A stretch of DNA of 64,000 nucleotides from an uncultured Verrucomicrobiales bacterium (lineage in GTDB: Bacteria; Verrucomicrobiota; Verrucomicrobiia; Verrucomicrobiales; Akkermansiaceae): contig CALGZA010000036.1 in assembly GCA_937934595.1 (NCBI GenBank), positions 7,637 to 71,636 on the forward strand, read 5' to 3'. The stretch's first letter is position 1. The number at the start of each line of letters is the position of its first letter. This document shows positions 52,801-62,527 of this stretch, in pieces. A program made the translations under genes and the position numbers. The notes under the pieces were generated by a model. It did no database searches. It saw only the letters and a list, made by a program, of their open reading frames with translations, and was not told where the DNA came from.

Positions 52801-54497
52801 TGCCTCACTGCTTCTATCTGGCACGCCTGAACAAATTCTCCAGCACCAGGGTCTAACTGACTCACAGTTACGTGCACCTTCCGCTCTTCACGGTAAATAG
52901 CTCTTAACTTATTAAGCAATCTGCGCTTCTGCTTGTTAATTTGTTTCAAATAATCTTTTTTAGATAAAAATGTAATACTCCTAGATTGAGACCTGCTCCT
53001 GTGCGGGCCATCAGCACCAGGATAAGAATCAGCTAGCTCTACCACAAAAGAAACTGTATCGCCTATCGCCAAATCAGGTAATGCTTTCCGATAGTCCCAT
53101 GCCACTTTCTCCAGACCACCATCACTGCCTCCCTGCACCTCAAAAGGCACCTTCTGCTCCTCTATCTTATTCACCCGGTACGCCACATGTGATGAACCTA
53201 TCCCATGATCATCACGCCCACGAAAAGCTATATCAAGCTTTCTGCCCAATGTCGCATAAAGATTACTCTTAGGTGATGCCAGCTCCACTCGGGGCGCTTG
53301 ATCCGGTGCTACCTGTAAGTAATGGTTTGAGCTCACAAATGAAAATCCATGACCCTTCTCCTCCCATGAAAAACTATATCCGCGAGATTCCTTGGCAGAC
53401 TGACTCATCGTAACACGCATTCCATCATCACTAATCTCAAGCGGCTTAGCTTCTCCACCTGCTGGACTGTATAAAGCCTTCTTTACCGCCTTATCTAAAT
53501 CTAGCTGCCACTCAATAATGGTTCCCTCCGGCACAGTCATAGTCAGTGAATCCAGTGTTTCCTCTGCGCGCTTCATATAATCAGGATATTTAAGCAGCAC
53601 TCTAGCCTTCTTAATGCGCGGCGAAGTTACTACTTCCACTTCCAACCATTCACTCTTTGCATCTCCCGCCAGTATCCGGTATTCAAAACCACGATAGGCC
53701 GCTTTTATCGTATAATCACACTTCCCATCCACTATCTCTAAATGATGAACTCTAGGCTCCCCCTTACCCGTGCGTAATTCAAGCTTGGCTGAGCTAGGAA
53801 CCTCACCAGATACCATAGCACTTATCACAGCAGGTGACCCCTCCTTCACCACCATCACTTCATGAGACAACTCGAGCTGAGTATCAGTAGGATATGAAAT
53901 AGACTTCCAAGGCGGTAAAATACGAGCAATACCAGCAGAAACCAATGACCCATTAAACGCACTAAACAAAATCGCAGATAACACGATGACTAACGCAATA
54001 ATCACCGGGCGCTGAAGACCACTGTAACCAACAACCTTCTCCGGCCTCACATCCGCAACCGCCTCTTCTGCCTTCCGGCAAGTGGCTTCTTGTAAAGACT
54101 TTGATGTGCCAGGCGCTAATTTAGATTCTCTAAACTGAACGGCAGTAACCAATATACTCTCAAAATCTCCATGATGATCTTCAATCTGCTTCGCCGCCCG
54201 CTCAGAATTAAATGCACAAACCCTTCCCCATCCAGCCATCCAAGCCTGATAAAATGAAACCCCTACTATAACCAATAACAGCATGACACGCAACAATGTC
54301 GGCAAATCAATCAGCCAATCAGCAAGTAATCCACCAGCAAAAAGCAATAGCCCCCACTGGAGAAATACTAATAGACCTGCTGAGAGATGTAACTTCTGGC
54401 TGCGGAGCCAAACGTTCCTCAAATGTGTATCAAGATTTTCTAGTTGCTTATCTTCGCTCTGGTTCATGATAAATCGTATCTTCTTCGTGTGATCCAC
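49896..54497 (-). CDS. Large membrane-anchored coiled-coil protein (DUF4175-like)
   Basis: N-terminal TMs, Ig-like region (PDQAPRV, GRDDHGI), long helical repeats, C-terminal WEVLGKRDR...PLEYRAVLKDYYEKLA. Confidence 0.75.
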   Translation of the reverse strand: MDHTKKIRFIMNQSEDKQLENLDTHLRNVWLRSQKLHLSAGLLVFLQWGLLLFAGGLLADWLIDLPTLLRVMLLLVIVGVSFYQAWMAGWGRVCAFNSERAAKQIEDHHGDFESILVTAVQFRESKLAPGTSKSLQEATCRKAEEAVADVRPEKVVGYSGLQRPVIIALVIVLSAILFSAFNGSLVSAGIARILPPWKSISYPTDTQLELSHEVMVVKEGSPAVISAMVSGEVPSSAKLELRTGKGEPRVHHLEIVDGKCDYTIKAAYRGFEYRILAGDAKSEWLEVEVVTSPRIKKARVLLKYPDYMKRAEETLDSLTMTVPEGTIIEWQLDLDKAVKKALYSPAGGEAKPLEISDDGMRVTMSQSAKESRGYSFSWEEKGHGFSFVSSNHYLQVAPDQAPRVELASPKSNLYATLGRKLDIAFRGRDDHGIGSSHVAYRVNKIEEQKVPFEVQGGSDGGLEKVAWDYRKALPDLAIGDTVSFVVELADSYPGADGPHRSRSQSRSITFLSKKDYLKQINKQKRRLLNKLRAIYREERKVHVTVSQLDPGAGEFVQACQIEAVRQDLFRERLGVLKQGIQSLMDDLAANEIKDKSITDLLVSLSAEMQRISDKQLVMAADSLRDLGALAQDKSHVSRPDLDKAVRAIDNVARELSTLVLQMGFREATEVMAREIHAIAENQAPLRSKTILLEDATTAGKENLAKHQEQLGQWVSRLFNALPEDKESSISDALVAFNLSRLVKGLRQGGVEDKMRQAGALIRESGEASLAKARLLQAEIIESILYAEFRLRIGAEHDALTKAGALLTDQVIEQKKIREACASISDEQFQQRRGEMALAQAALQKKMHLLLMPDIPSFRPTVLDRELPKRPPVEKLLSAAEGAMKQAVGFIQKGERSHAAREQKLVEESFSALVQVIHSRIEQVTERSIMSGVNGGISKHATEIIEFEERQINLLEKTEDAEEDSEALNFARLQEKLAHDFGKFKLRVVKWDKDQISPCKGIPPLLNFIEQIELAMKNATVALKGKDIDVAVEHQGTAVDALDKASKLLESQLLQNSALFITLGDTEAALMPAPFVGDIKAEQLDMVKQLEKVKPAALPKLAIVQKNLIHAVNAVLASLDPLAHQIESGTVFLFAKDDMDAAAEAIEENDIEEAVDAGSFVAETLGGLSKELDKVTPRYSYILELVDFYQQISLESGLIRMEQDKIKNLVAGAKEEEALVAFIDAQKKLEERARSYGEKLFEVTGENIYAVGSEHMAVAKSKLKAGDRSAAIQAMEMADAQLMAEGEKMILLMELLSNVLKPPLVPVVLPENKLVLEMLSLATDQKVLVRKIQAANGKLDKKFTDAQSKFTARYDSLINRSRAFVLTRIQGEAEKQLGGQAGANVPEAGGALIKHDRLVKFLETYEKHLTEAKRLAVQSVEQLDAGEAKAAVNAQHSAGAHTRYTLIAFISEFLVPPGPPGPTDPANTDPVESLTDSMNMFMPGAVRGSKPKSGRQEWEVLGKRDRAALNENFARELPLEYRAVLKDYYEKLAQ

Positions 54498-56851
54498 TCA
54501 AAGCCCATAAGGACTACAAGTAGTAATATTACCCACCCGTTATCCCACAGCGAGCGGTCTTTACGGATGGAAGTAGTGTGTTGTGTGCGGTTGAGTAGCG
54601 ATGGAAGCTCACTGAGGCGGGACACAGTCAAATACTCTCCCCCTGAAAGAGCTGCCATTTTCTGTAGCCGTTCGCTTTGCATGCTCGTACTTGCCATCTC
54701 AGAATTAACGTCTGCAACCTGAAATTCAGTAATATTCGCAAGCTCAGAATCTGATGAACTAGCCTCCATCCTATAACGCCCAGGACTCCGAGGCGTATAA
54801 TACCCCTCATACAGCCCAGGATTCGTAATATCTGGTCGTAGTGTCACTCGCTGAGATGGCCCATCGTTACCGTCTTGTTTCGTTATTTGTACTTCAAACC
54901 CATTTTGATTCACCGGATCATATGCATCGTCTAACACATGAGCATACAGCTGAACCTGCTTACCACTCTGATAAATAGACTGATCCGTTTCTAACCGTAT
55001 CCTCTTATGCTCGCCCATAAGTCGTGACAGAGTCAAAAATTGAATCGCCTGTGACCAAGCTCGCCAATGATACTTATCTCCAGTCTTAAATCGTAATAAC
55101 CACAAACGGTCAGTTCCCATAACCATACATTTCCCAGTACCATAACGGTGCCACGCTACAAGCGGATATCGCCCTGAACGAGACAACGAATCAGAAAGTT
55201 CCGCCAATATAGTAGCACCCGGCTTAGCCGATAGCAATGGCGGCACACGATCAAGTGGAGCAACGCGTGTCCATACCCTATCATTTTTCTCACGCTCATG
55301 CTCTAAAGTCATCACAAGACTGCTTCGCCCCTCAGGAGTCAAAACAGGATGCACACTCTCATCCACCTCTTCCCACTTGCCCTTGGCATCAAAGTGAACA
55401 GGTAACATTTTCTCAACAGGCGTCCCAGCGTAGCTAGTAGGTGAATAACGTGAACCACATAACATTAACAAAGACCCTCCTCGCTCTCTCACCAGCTCCT
55501 CTAGCCTAGAAAACTCATCCGCATTAAAAAAAGTTGCATCCACATCACCAAGAATAACAAGATCATACTTAAATGCCTCATCTCGCTTACTTGGAAAACG
55601 TGCTATATACTCAGATGAACTCTGAGCCATCTCAGCCTTTGCCCGGGTCGCTATAAATGTAGCATTAATGCGTGGATCCCGCTTTAACATAGCCCGTAGA
55701 TAACGAAATTCCCAACGCGCACTCCCCTCCATACACAACACATTGATCTTTTCATTCACCACCCGCACACTGCGTTCAGTTCGGTTATTCGCAGCTGTCG
55801 CTTCATCATCAAACGGATCAATCACCACCTCAATGCGCGCCGCCCCTTTTTCACGTACATCAACATTAAAGAAAAGATCTTCAAACTGCAGTCCACCTTT
55901 TAAAGATATACTCCGTGTCGCTACAGAACGCCCATTCAATAATACTGAAATATCTGCAACCCGCTTCTCATATCCTCTAGACTGAATCTGAATCCGCACA
56001 GGAACCTTATCACCTGCAAAGGCCACCTCTTGAACGATAACATTACGGATAGAAACATCATCAGGATCACTTATACCCATAGGCACAGGAAAAACAGGTA
56101 TCCCATACCTTCCTAAATCATTCAGTGCCTCATCAGCACTACGCGCTGAAGTATCCAAACCATCACTAAGAAGCACTACCCCAGACAAAGGCGCTCCTCG
56201 GTCAATAGTCGAGATCCCTTTAAGCGCTTGAGTTATACCAGTACCAGAATCCTCTGCTTTCAGACCTGCTATAGCTTCCTTCGACCCCTCATGACCATCA
56301 CTAAGCATCCGCAGCGAATCCCCAAAAGCGTAATAGCTAATATCCAGATCCCCACTCAGTTCAGTCAACATATCATGAGCCGCTGTTGATAAAAGACTCT
56401 TGCTCAGATCCAATCGTGATGATGACGAAACAAGCTGTAGCTGATTCGTATTCAGTGCCATACCTGATAAACCCCCATCACTTTCTCCCGCTAACGGCAA
56501 CATACCTAGTGCTCTAGCTGATTCCGACTGATCTTCAGGCTTCTTGCGCTGATCCCTAATAGACATACTCTTAGACACATCTACTAAAACCGCCAGACGC
56601 CTTTTGCTACTCTGTGTCTCTTTTACTACAGCCGTTGGCTCAAATAATAAAATCAAAACCAGACTCAACACCACAAACCGGCAAACCCCCAGCGTTATCC
56701 TAATCTTAAGCGGCAAGCCCTGCCTGCGGATATAAAGATAAACAGTCAATGCCAAAATAGCCAAAATAGCCAACACCATAACCCATGTGGAAACCGGTCG
56801 GCCCCAGATGAATTCCTCTATTTGAGTATTATTTGATAACCAACTAATCAT
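54464..56851 (-). CDS. Membrane protein with vWA and glutamine-amidotransferase-like domains
   Basis: LVDVSKSM (MIDAS), LLSDG, RWEFRYLR, YDLVILGD, GGSLLML, C-terminal LWD...EWITRRR. Confidence 0.85.
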   Translation of the reverse strand: MISWLSNNTQIEEFIWGRPVSTWVMVLAILAILALTVYLYIRRQGLPLKIRITLGVCRFVVLSLVLILLFEPTAVVKETQSSKRRLAVLVDVSKSMSIRDQRKKPEDQSESARALGMLPLAGESDGGLSGMALNTNQLQLVSSSSRLDLSKSLLSTAAHDMLTELSGDLDISYYAFGDSLRMLSDGHEGSKEAIAGLKAEDSGTGITQALKGISTIDRGAPLSGVVLLSDGLDTSARSADEALNDLGRYGIPVFPVPMGISDPDDVSIRNVIVQEVAFAGDKVPVRIQIQSRGYEKRVADISVLLNGRSVATRSISLKGGLQFEDLFFNVDVREKGAARIEVVIDPFDDEATAANNRTERSVRVVNEKINVLCMEGSARWEFRYLRAMLKRDPRINATFIATRAKAEMAQSSSEYIARFPSKRDEAFKYDLVILGDVDATFFNADEFSRLEELVRERGGSLLMLCGSRYSPTSYAGTPVEKMLPVHFDAKGKWEEVDESVHPVLTPEGRSSLVMTLEHEREKNDRVWTRVAPLDRVPPLLSAKPGATILAELSDSLSRSGRYPLVAWHRYGTGKCMVMGTDRLWLLRFKTGDKYHWRAWSQAIQFLTLSRLMGEHKRIRLETDQSIYQSGKQVQLYAHVLDDAYDPVNQNGFEVQITKQDGNDGPSQRVTLRPDITNPGLYEGYYTPRSPGRYRMEASSSDSELANITEFQVADVNSEMASTSMQSERLQKMAALSGGEYLTVSRLSELPSLLNRTQHTTSIRKDRSLWDNGWVILLLVVLMGFEWITRRRYDLS

Positions 56852-59079
56852 GATGAATGTTCTAATTCCTGCTCCCCTTCTGTTGCAGATTTATGGGTTG
56901 AAGGCTTACCTTTGCCCTCTGAATTTAAATGAGGCGCGCGATGCGACGTAAAATGTGCAATCACACTCTCTATGATAAGAAATACAAAACAAGCTATCAT
57001 CAAAGAACGCCAGAATGATAAACCAGTCCGTGCTTGCTTTATCGTATCCACTAATGCTGAGTCAGAACTTGCCACCACAATATTACCTTCACTAAACTTT
57101 CTCAACAAAGCATCAGCACTCACACACTGAACATCAGATTCACGGCTATCTATATTCACCGCAATAGGCATACTCGGCGCCTGCACACTCACCCTTGCTA
57201 AGTAAAAACCCGCCTCATTAGCACGGTCAAGTAAGGCTATATACTGGTTACGATGCTCCTTAACTGGAACCGTGATAGTCTCACCCTTAGGTGTTTCAAA
57301 CACCGCATCACTCGAGTCAGGCTGGTCAACATAGGATAATGATAATGAACTACCCACCACCCTCGGCTTCTCAAATTCCCTCGCCGTCAAATACGTAACC
57401 ATCTGCTGGATTAACATAGGAAAAACCGGTGTCAGTGCCATATTATTCCATGTTGGCTCAGCTGAAGATGTAAACATAAATACCTGACCACGTCCAATAG
57501 ACTGCTCTATCAGCAAGGGTTTAGAACTACCCTCCAATGCCAACACAATAGAACTCTCCGCCGTAGGCTTCACATTAAGAACCTTCAGAAATTGTGTCTC
57601 ACTCAGCAAGTCCTCTGATAGAGACCTTAAAGGCCTACATACAGAATGATCAGAAATAGCAGAAGCTAATGGCTGCCCCACTCCTGAATCATTACCCACA
57701 GACTCCACATCCTCTAATAACGCCGGCAACAACCGAACACTACCTAGCGCAGATTGCTTATTCCAAATCGTAGGCTTGGTTTGATCACCCGGAAACCATA
57801 CCAATCCATTGCCCGAACGCACATAAGCCTCCAGCTGCTTAGACTGACCAGGCGTGATAGCCGGAACATTCGCCAAAATCACCACATCGTATCGAGCCAA
57901 ATCCTGATTGGGTAGTGAAACCCAAGGCACAGACTTTACTTTGAAGTCCTCCTGGCTAGCTCCATTATCACGTGCACTTAACGCCGCCGAAATAAATCCA
58001 CTAAACCCAACAGAAGATGACGAAGAACCCTCAACACATAAAATAGAGACCCGCTCTCGTACCACAGCTACTGCATAACACTCATTATCCAGCAACAGCG
58101 CATCATCATCAAGCTTCGCTGTAATCTGAACTGCCCCAGCATTGCGAAACGGTATAAATAAGGAAACCGTCTCTGACGCCCCAGCTGCTATGGATGGAAT
58201 AGACTTCGTATCCATATTGATGCCATTAACTCCACCTCGCACCATGACATTACTCACCGGAACATTCCCATAGTTCTTAACAGTAGCTTGATAACGAGCA
58301 GTCGTCCCCTTCCTTAACACTCCAGATACAAGCTCTAATTGAGTAATCGCAAGATTGTCAGACGCCCCAGAAACAGGAACTATCACCAAACTAGCATCCC
58401 TACTCAGCCCCTCCAATGCCTTCTCTATCTGCCCATCTCGCCCACTCCAGTCATGCTCCTGAACATCAGTGATAAGATGAACCTCCCTCTGCGCTACATC
58501 TAATCCATTCAACACCTCACGCAATAAACCAGCTGCACTATCCAAGTTAAGCGGCTCATCAGTCACCTCCAAACCATCTAATATCCCATGAAACCGATCG
58601 CGATCATACGCCATATCGCGAACTACAACACTATGCTCACCACTCAGCATAACCAAAGAAACCGTATCTCCAGGCTGTGCACTCTTCGTGATAAGCTTCG
58701 CCTTCTTGATAGCTCGCTCAAATCGTGTCGAAGAGCCATCACTATGCTGCATACTATATGATGCATCTATAGCTATAACCATGCCAGTCAATGGTTCACC
58801 AAACTTACTAGCCACACCACCCCTAGATCCATCACCTGATCGCTCTAAAATCGGTTTAGAAATAGCAAAAACCAAAAACAAAACAGCCGCACATCGAAGT
58901 ATCAATAACAACAAATCGCGTAACTTAATCTGCCGCGAACGCACATTCACCGCACGGTTAAGAAACTGCATCGCAGCCCAAGTCGTATGCTTATACTGAT
59001 GCTTATTCAGCAGATGAGCCAGAATCGGTAACGCGATTCCTACAGCCCCAATCAAAAGTAGTGGATTTAAAAAATTCAT
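56848..59079 (-). CDS. BatA-domain / vWA protein
   Basis: MNFLNPLLL...PILAHLLN...WAAMQFL...LLLILRC (BatA N-terminus); IDASYSM MIDAS; LITD. Confidence 0.9.
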   Translation of the reverse strand: MNFLNPLLLIGAVGIALPILAHLLNKHQYKHTTWAAMQFLNRAVNVRSRQIKLRDLLLLILRCAAVLFLVFAISKPILERSGDGSRGGVASKFGEPLTGMVIAIDASYSMQHSDGSSTRFERAIKKAKLITKSAQPGDTVSLVMLSGEHSVVVRDMAYDRDRFHGILDGLEVTDEPLNLDSAAGLLREVLNGLDVAQREVHLITDVQEHDWSGRDGQIEKALEGLSRDASLVIVPVSGASDNLAITQLELVSGVLRKGTTARYQATVKNYGNVPVSNVMVRGGVNGINMDTKSIPSIAAGASETVSLFIPFRNAGAVQITAKLDDDALLLDNECYAVAVVRERVSILCVEGSSSSSVGFSGFISAALSARDNGASQEDFKVKSVPWVSLPNQDLARYDVVILANVPAITPGQSKQLEAYVRSGNGLVWFPGDQTKPTIWNKQSALGSVRLLPALLEDVESVGNDSGVGQPLASAISDHSVCRPLRSLSEDLLSETQFLKVLNVKPTAESSIVLALEGSSKPLLIEQSIGRGQVFMFTSSAEPTWNNMALTPVFPMLIQQMVTYLTAREFEKPRVVGSSLSLSYVDQPDSSDAVFETPKGETITVPVKEHRNQYIALLDRANEAGFYLARVSVQAPSMPIAVNIDSRESDVQCVSADALLRKFSEGNIVVASSDSALVDTIKQARTGLSFWRSLMIACFVFLIIESVIAHFTSHRAPHLNSEGKGKPSTHKSATEGEQELEHSS

Positions 59080-60005
59080 TAGCGTGCTCCTACTGATGGC
59101 CCCATCATATTTAATGCCCGGTTCTCTACATACTTACTCAGTAAACCATCCAAAGGACTTGATGTATCTACCAAAGTATAATCAACACCACTCCCTATAC
59201 AACCAGTCTTTAGCTCCTCAAGATAAGCAGTCAGATTCTCCATATATTCTTTCCGTATTTTTTCAGGTTGCGTTATAAGCTCTTCATCCGCCTCAAGCGC
59301 ATCAAATTTCCAAGTCCCCTTAAACGGAAATTCAAGCTCATAAGGATCCAGCGTATGGAATACTATCACAGTATGCCCAGCATATCTAAGCCGCTGGAGC
59401 CCTTTCATAATGTCACCAACATCAGAAAATAAATCCGATATCAGTATCACAAAAGAACGCCGCTTTATCTGAACCGCTATATCATTTAACTGCTTCGCTA
59501 TACTCGTCTTCGGAGTCGGCTCTATCTCCTTTAAAATCTTCTCTATCTGTAATATAATACTCATCGCAGATCGCGGAGGAAGATGAGCTCGCATCTCAGA
59601 ATCAAACACACTCAAACCTACAGAATCCCTCTGATTAAGCACCAAGTAGCTCAATGCAGCTGCCAAAAACTTAGAATACTCTAACTTACTAACAGCACCA
59701 GATCCATACGTCATCGAAGAACTCGCATCCATCAAAATATGACAGTCAAAGTTAGTCTCAGCCTCATACAACTTCGTGTAATACCGCTCAGTCCTTCCAA
59801 ACACTCGCCAGTCCAAATCCCGTATCGGATCCCCAGGAACATACTGACGGTGATGCGCAAACTCCGTACTAAAACCCTTCAGTGGACTACGGTGAGATCC
59901 AGCTCGCTGACCCTCCACTATCTCACGAGCCACCAGCTCTAAATCACCTAGCTTCTGTAAAAGCTCCGGCTTCAAATAATCTAAGTTTGGTAAATGCTGA
60001 GACAT
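59079..60005 (-). CDS. DUF58 protein
   Basis: GSHRSPLKGFSTEFAHHRQYVPGD, LDWRVFGRT, ILMDASSSM, ILISD. Confidence 0.95.
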   Translation of the reverse strand: MSQHLPNLDYLKPELLQKLGDLELVAREIVEGQRAGSHRSPLKGFSTEFAHHRQYVPGDPIRDLDWRVFGRTERYYTKLYEAETNFDCHILMDASSSMTYGSGAVSKLEYSKFLAAALSYLVLNQRDSVGLSVFDSEMRAHLPPRSAMSIILQIEKILKEIEPTPKTSIAKQLNDIAVQIKRRSFVILISDLFSDVGDIMKGLQRLRYAGHTVIVFHTLDPYELEFPFKGTWKFDALEADEELITQPEKIRKEYMENLTAYLEELKTGCIGSGVDYTLVDTSSPLDGLLSKYVENRALNMMGPSVGAR

Positions 60006-60023
60006 AATAGATGTAAGTAACCG

Positions 60024-61031
60024 CTATTTTTTCTCTCCAGTCGGAGTCTCCTTGATCAGCCTCTCGACTAAACTATCTGCCGTCATCCCCTCAGACCTAG
60101 CCGCAAAGTTAGGTATAACTCGGTGCCGGAGAATAGGCACCGCCACCGCCTGTATATCCTCAATAGCCACATGACATCTACCCCTCAAAGCCGCCCTAGA
60201 CTTACCAGCAAGTATCAAATTAAGCGATGCCCGCGGACCAGCACCCCATGACATATACTCTTTTACCCATTCCGGTGCATCCTCCTCATTCGGACGCGTA
60301 GATCTTATCAGTGACGCAGCATACTCAAATATATGATCCGCCACCGGTATACGGCGAACTAACTCCTGAAACTTCTGAATCGCCTCACCATCTAAAACCT
60401 TCTCTATCTTAGGCTGATGATCACTCGTCACACTCTTCATGATGCCAAGCTCCTCCTCGCGGTTAGGATACTTTACCACCACATTGAAAAGAAAACGATC
60501 GAGCTGTGCTTCAGGTAAAGGATAAGTACCCTCCTGCTCAATAGGGTTCTGCGTAGCCAATACAAAAAACGGCTTGTCTAATTTATACTCTACTCCTCCA
60601 GACGAAACCCTCTTCTCCTGCATAGCCTCCAGCAAAGCTGCCTGCGTCTTTGGCGGTGTACGGTTAATCTCATCAGCAAGTAATAAATTCGTAAATACCG
60701 GCCCCTCCATAAACTTAAACTTACGGGCATGTGTCTCAGGATCTTCCTGCAAAATCTCAGTCCCTGTGATGTCAGACGGCATCAGATCCGGAGTAAACTG
60801 AATGCGCTTGAAAGATAACGAAAGCGCCTCCGCAAGAGAACTCACTAATAGAGTCTTAGCCAAACCCGGCACACCCACCAGCAAACAGTGCCCTTGAGCA
60901 AATACAGCAATCATCATCTCATCGATAACATCTTCCATACCCACTATCACTTTACGTAGCTCTTTAACTACACCATCTCTTGCCTCTCCCAGCTCCTCTA
61001 CTAACTTTACGTCATCCGTTGTTTTACTCAT
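60024..61031 (-). CDS. MoxR-family AAA+ ATPase
   Basis: GVPGLAKT, RIQFTPDLMPSD, LADEINRTPPKTQAALLEAMQE, ATQNPIEQEGTYPLPEAQLDRF. Confidence 0.97.
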   Translation of the reverse strand: MSKTTDDVKLVEELGEARDGVVKELRKVIVGMEDVIDEMMIAVFAQGHCLLVGVPGLAKTLLVSSLAEALSLSFKRIQFTPDLMPSDITGTEILQEDPETHARKFKFMEGPVFTNLLLADEINRTPPKTQAALLEAMQEKRVSSGGVEYKLDKPFFVLATQNPIEQEGTYPLPEAQLDRFLFNVVVKYPNREEELGIMKSVTSDHQPKIEKVLDGEAIQKFQELVRRIPVADHIFEYAASLIRSTRPNEEDAPEWVKEYMSWGAGPRASLNLILAGKSRAALRGRCHVAIEDIQAVAVPILRHRVIPNFAARSEGMTADSLVERLIKETPTGEKK

Positions 61032-61238
61032 AATATTCGTTATTAATTGCCTTCTTTATCTGTTAAATCCTTCGAGATTGATCATCACTATGAACTATAA
61101 ATCACAACTACTCCAGAAATAAGTTGTTAGAAATAGCCCCTTCATCCTAAACCTAAACGTCAGTCATTAAAGCCATCTTTCGCTTTTATTATATTTTTTA
61201 TCTAAATGACACAGAATCTACATCTCAACATCATTCCA

Positions 61239-61441
61239 TTATAACAACTGAGCCTTAGCAGGATGCATAGAAAACCACAATAGCGGAGGAGGCAAAACAG
61301 ATGAAAGGCACACAGTGAGCTAAACAACTAATGACCAACGAAGCTAATTTCCTATATTGCTCTTCAAAAAATCAGCTCTGCTGCTGTTCCCAAATGTATT
61401 AAAACTACTATCAACCCAGAATAACTGTGAATATGGTATTA
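61239..61441 (+). mobile_element. MITE-like copy 5 (left half degenerate, right half near consensus)
   Basis: ttataacaactgagcc...aacgaagctaat...gtgaatatggtatta; abuts copy 6. Confidence 0.75.
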
Positions 61442-61649
61442 TACCATTTGAGCCGTTAGAATGGATTGATAGCACAACAAGATAGCAAGAGTAGCAAGGC
61501 AAGAGGAAAGCGCATAGTGGACTATGCAACTGACGATTAACGAAGCTAATCTTGATAGATTGTTGTGCACTTCAAAAAATCAGCTCTGCTGCTGTTCCCA
61601 AATGTATTAAAACTACTATCAGCCCAGAATAACTGTGAAAATGGTATAA
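61439..61649 (+). mobile_element. MITE-like repeat, copy 6 (211 bp)
   Basis: ttataccatttgagcc...gtgaaaatggtataa; shares TTA with the end of copy 5. Confidence 0.9.
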
Positions 61650-61802
61650 AACCCTATCAAGGTACAGCGAAAGAATCATGCACCCATCATCACGATCCAG
61701 AAAAACAAATTCTCACCACATCTCACCAAGCAGCACACAAAACCATCCCAATCACGCTAGAACGCTACTCAGAAAACCACCACTCCTCACCCCCCACCAC
61801 TC

Positions 61803-62411
61803 CTAATACTCCACACCTTTCTGCGCCATCACCCCATCCTTAAAAGGATGAGCCAGCTCCTTCATCTCAGTAGCAAGATCAGCTATCTCTAGCAACTCAG
61901 GCAAAGCATTCCTTCCCGTAAGAACCACATGAGTCATAAACGGTTTCTCATCTAACAAAAAACGCACCACTTTCTGAATATCCAGATAATCATAACGCAA
62001 AGCTATATTGATCTCATCCAATAAAACCATCCTATTCCCACTATCTCGGATAAGCTCTTTAGCCTTTTCCCACGCCTCCTCAGCCTTTTCAATGTCTCTA
62101 TCCCTATCCTGAGTCTCCCATGTAAAACCCTCACCCATCGTGAAAAAAGGACACTCCTCCGCAAAATGCTCAGTAATAAACTTCCTCTCCCCAGACTCTA
62201 TAGCACCCTTGATAAACTGCACCACCGCACACGGCATACCCCACGCAATATGCCGCATGATCATCCCAAAAGCAGAACTACTCTTACCCTTACCATCTCC
62301 CGTATGAACAATGATTAAACCCTTCTCTTCCGTTTTAGATTCCATCAACTTGTCGCGCCCCTTCTTCAGCCGCGCCATCCGCCTATTATGCTTCTCACTC
62401 TTCTCGTTCAT
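61803..62411 (-). CDS. cobO: Cob(I)alamin adenosyltransferase (CobO/BtuR)
   Basis: VHTGDGKGKSSSAFG, VQFIKG, GEGFTW, LLDEIN, VLTGR, HPFKDGVMAQKGVEY. Confidence 0.96.
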   Translation of the reverse strand: MNEKSEKHNRRMARLKKGRDKLMESKTEEKGLIIVHTGDGKGKSSSAFGMIMRHIAWGMPCAVVQFIKGAIESGERKFITEHFAEECPFFTMGEGFTWETQDRDRDIEKAEEAWEKAKELIRDSGNRMVLLDEINIALRYDYLDIQKVVRFLLDEKPFMTHVVLTGRNALPELLEIADLATEMKELAHPFKDGVMAQKGVEY

Positions 62412-62527
62412 CCTATATACCCACTCACCTATTAAACCAGAGCATCTGTAAAAATGCTAAAACCTCACTAGCCACAACCTCGACCACTCAACCAGTAACC
62501 AAGACAAACTAACAACCACCAACAAAA

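Noticed and set aside
30804-61843. Small ORFs 30804-31013, 31119-31304, 41905-42093, 61344-61529 and 61565-61843
   Set aside because: They are wholly or partly translations of MITE sequence (recurrent LLPCYSC, SRLASL and KKSALLL peptides).
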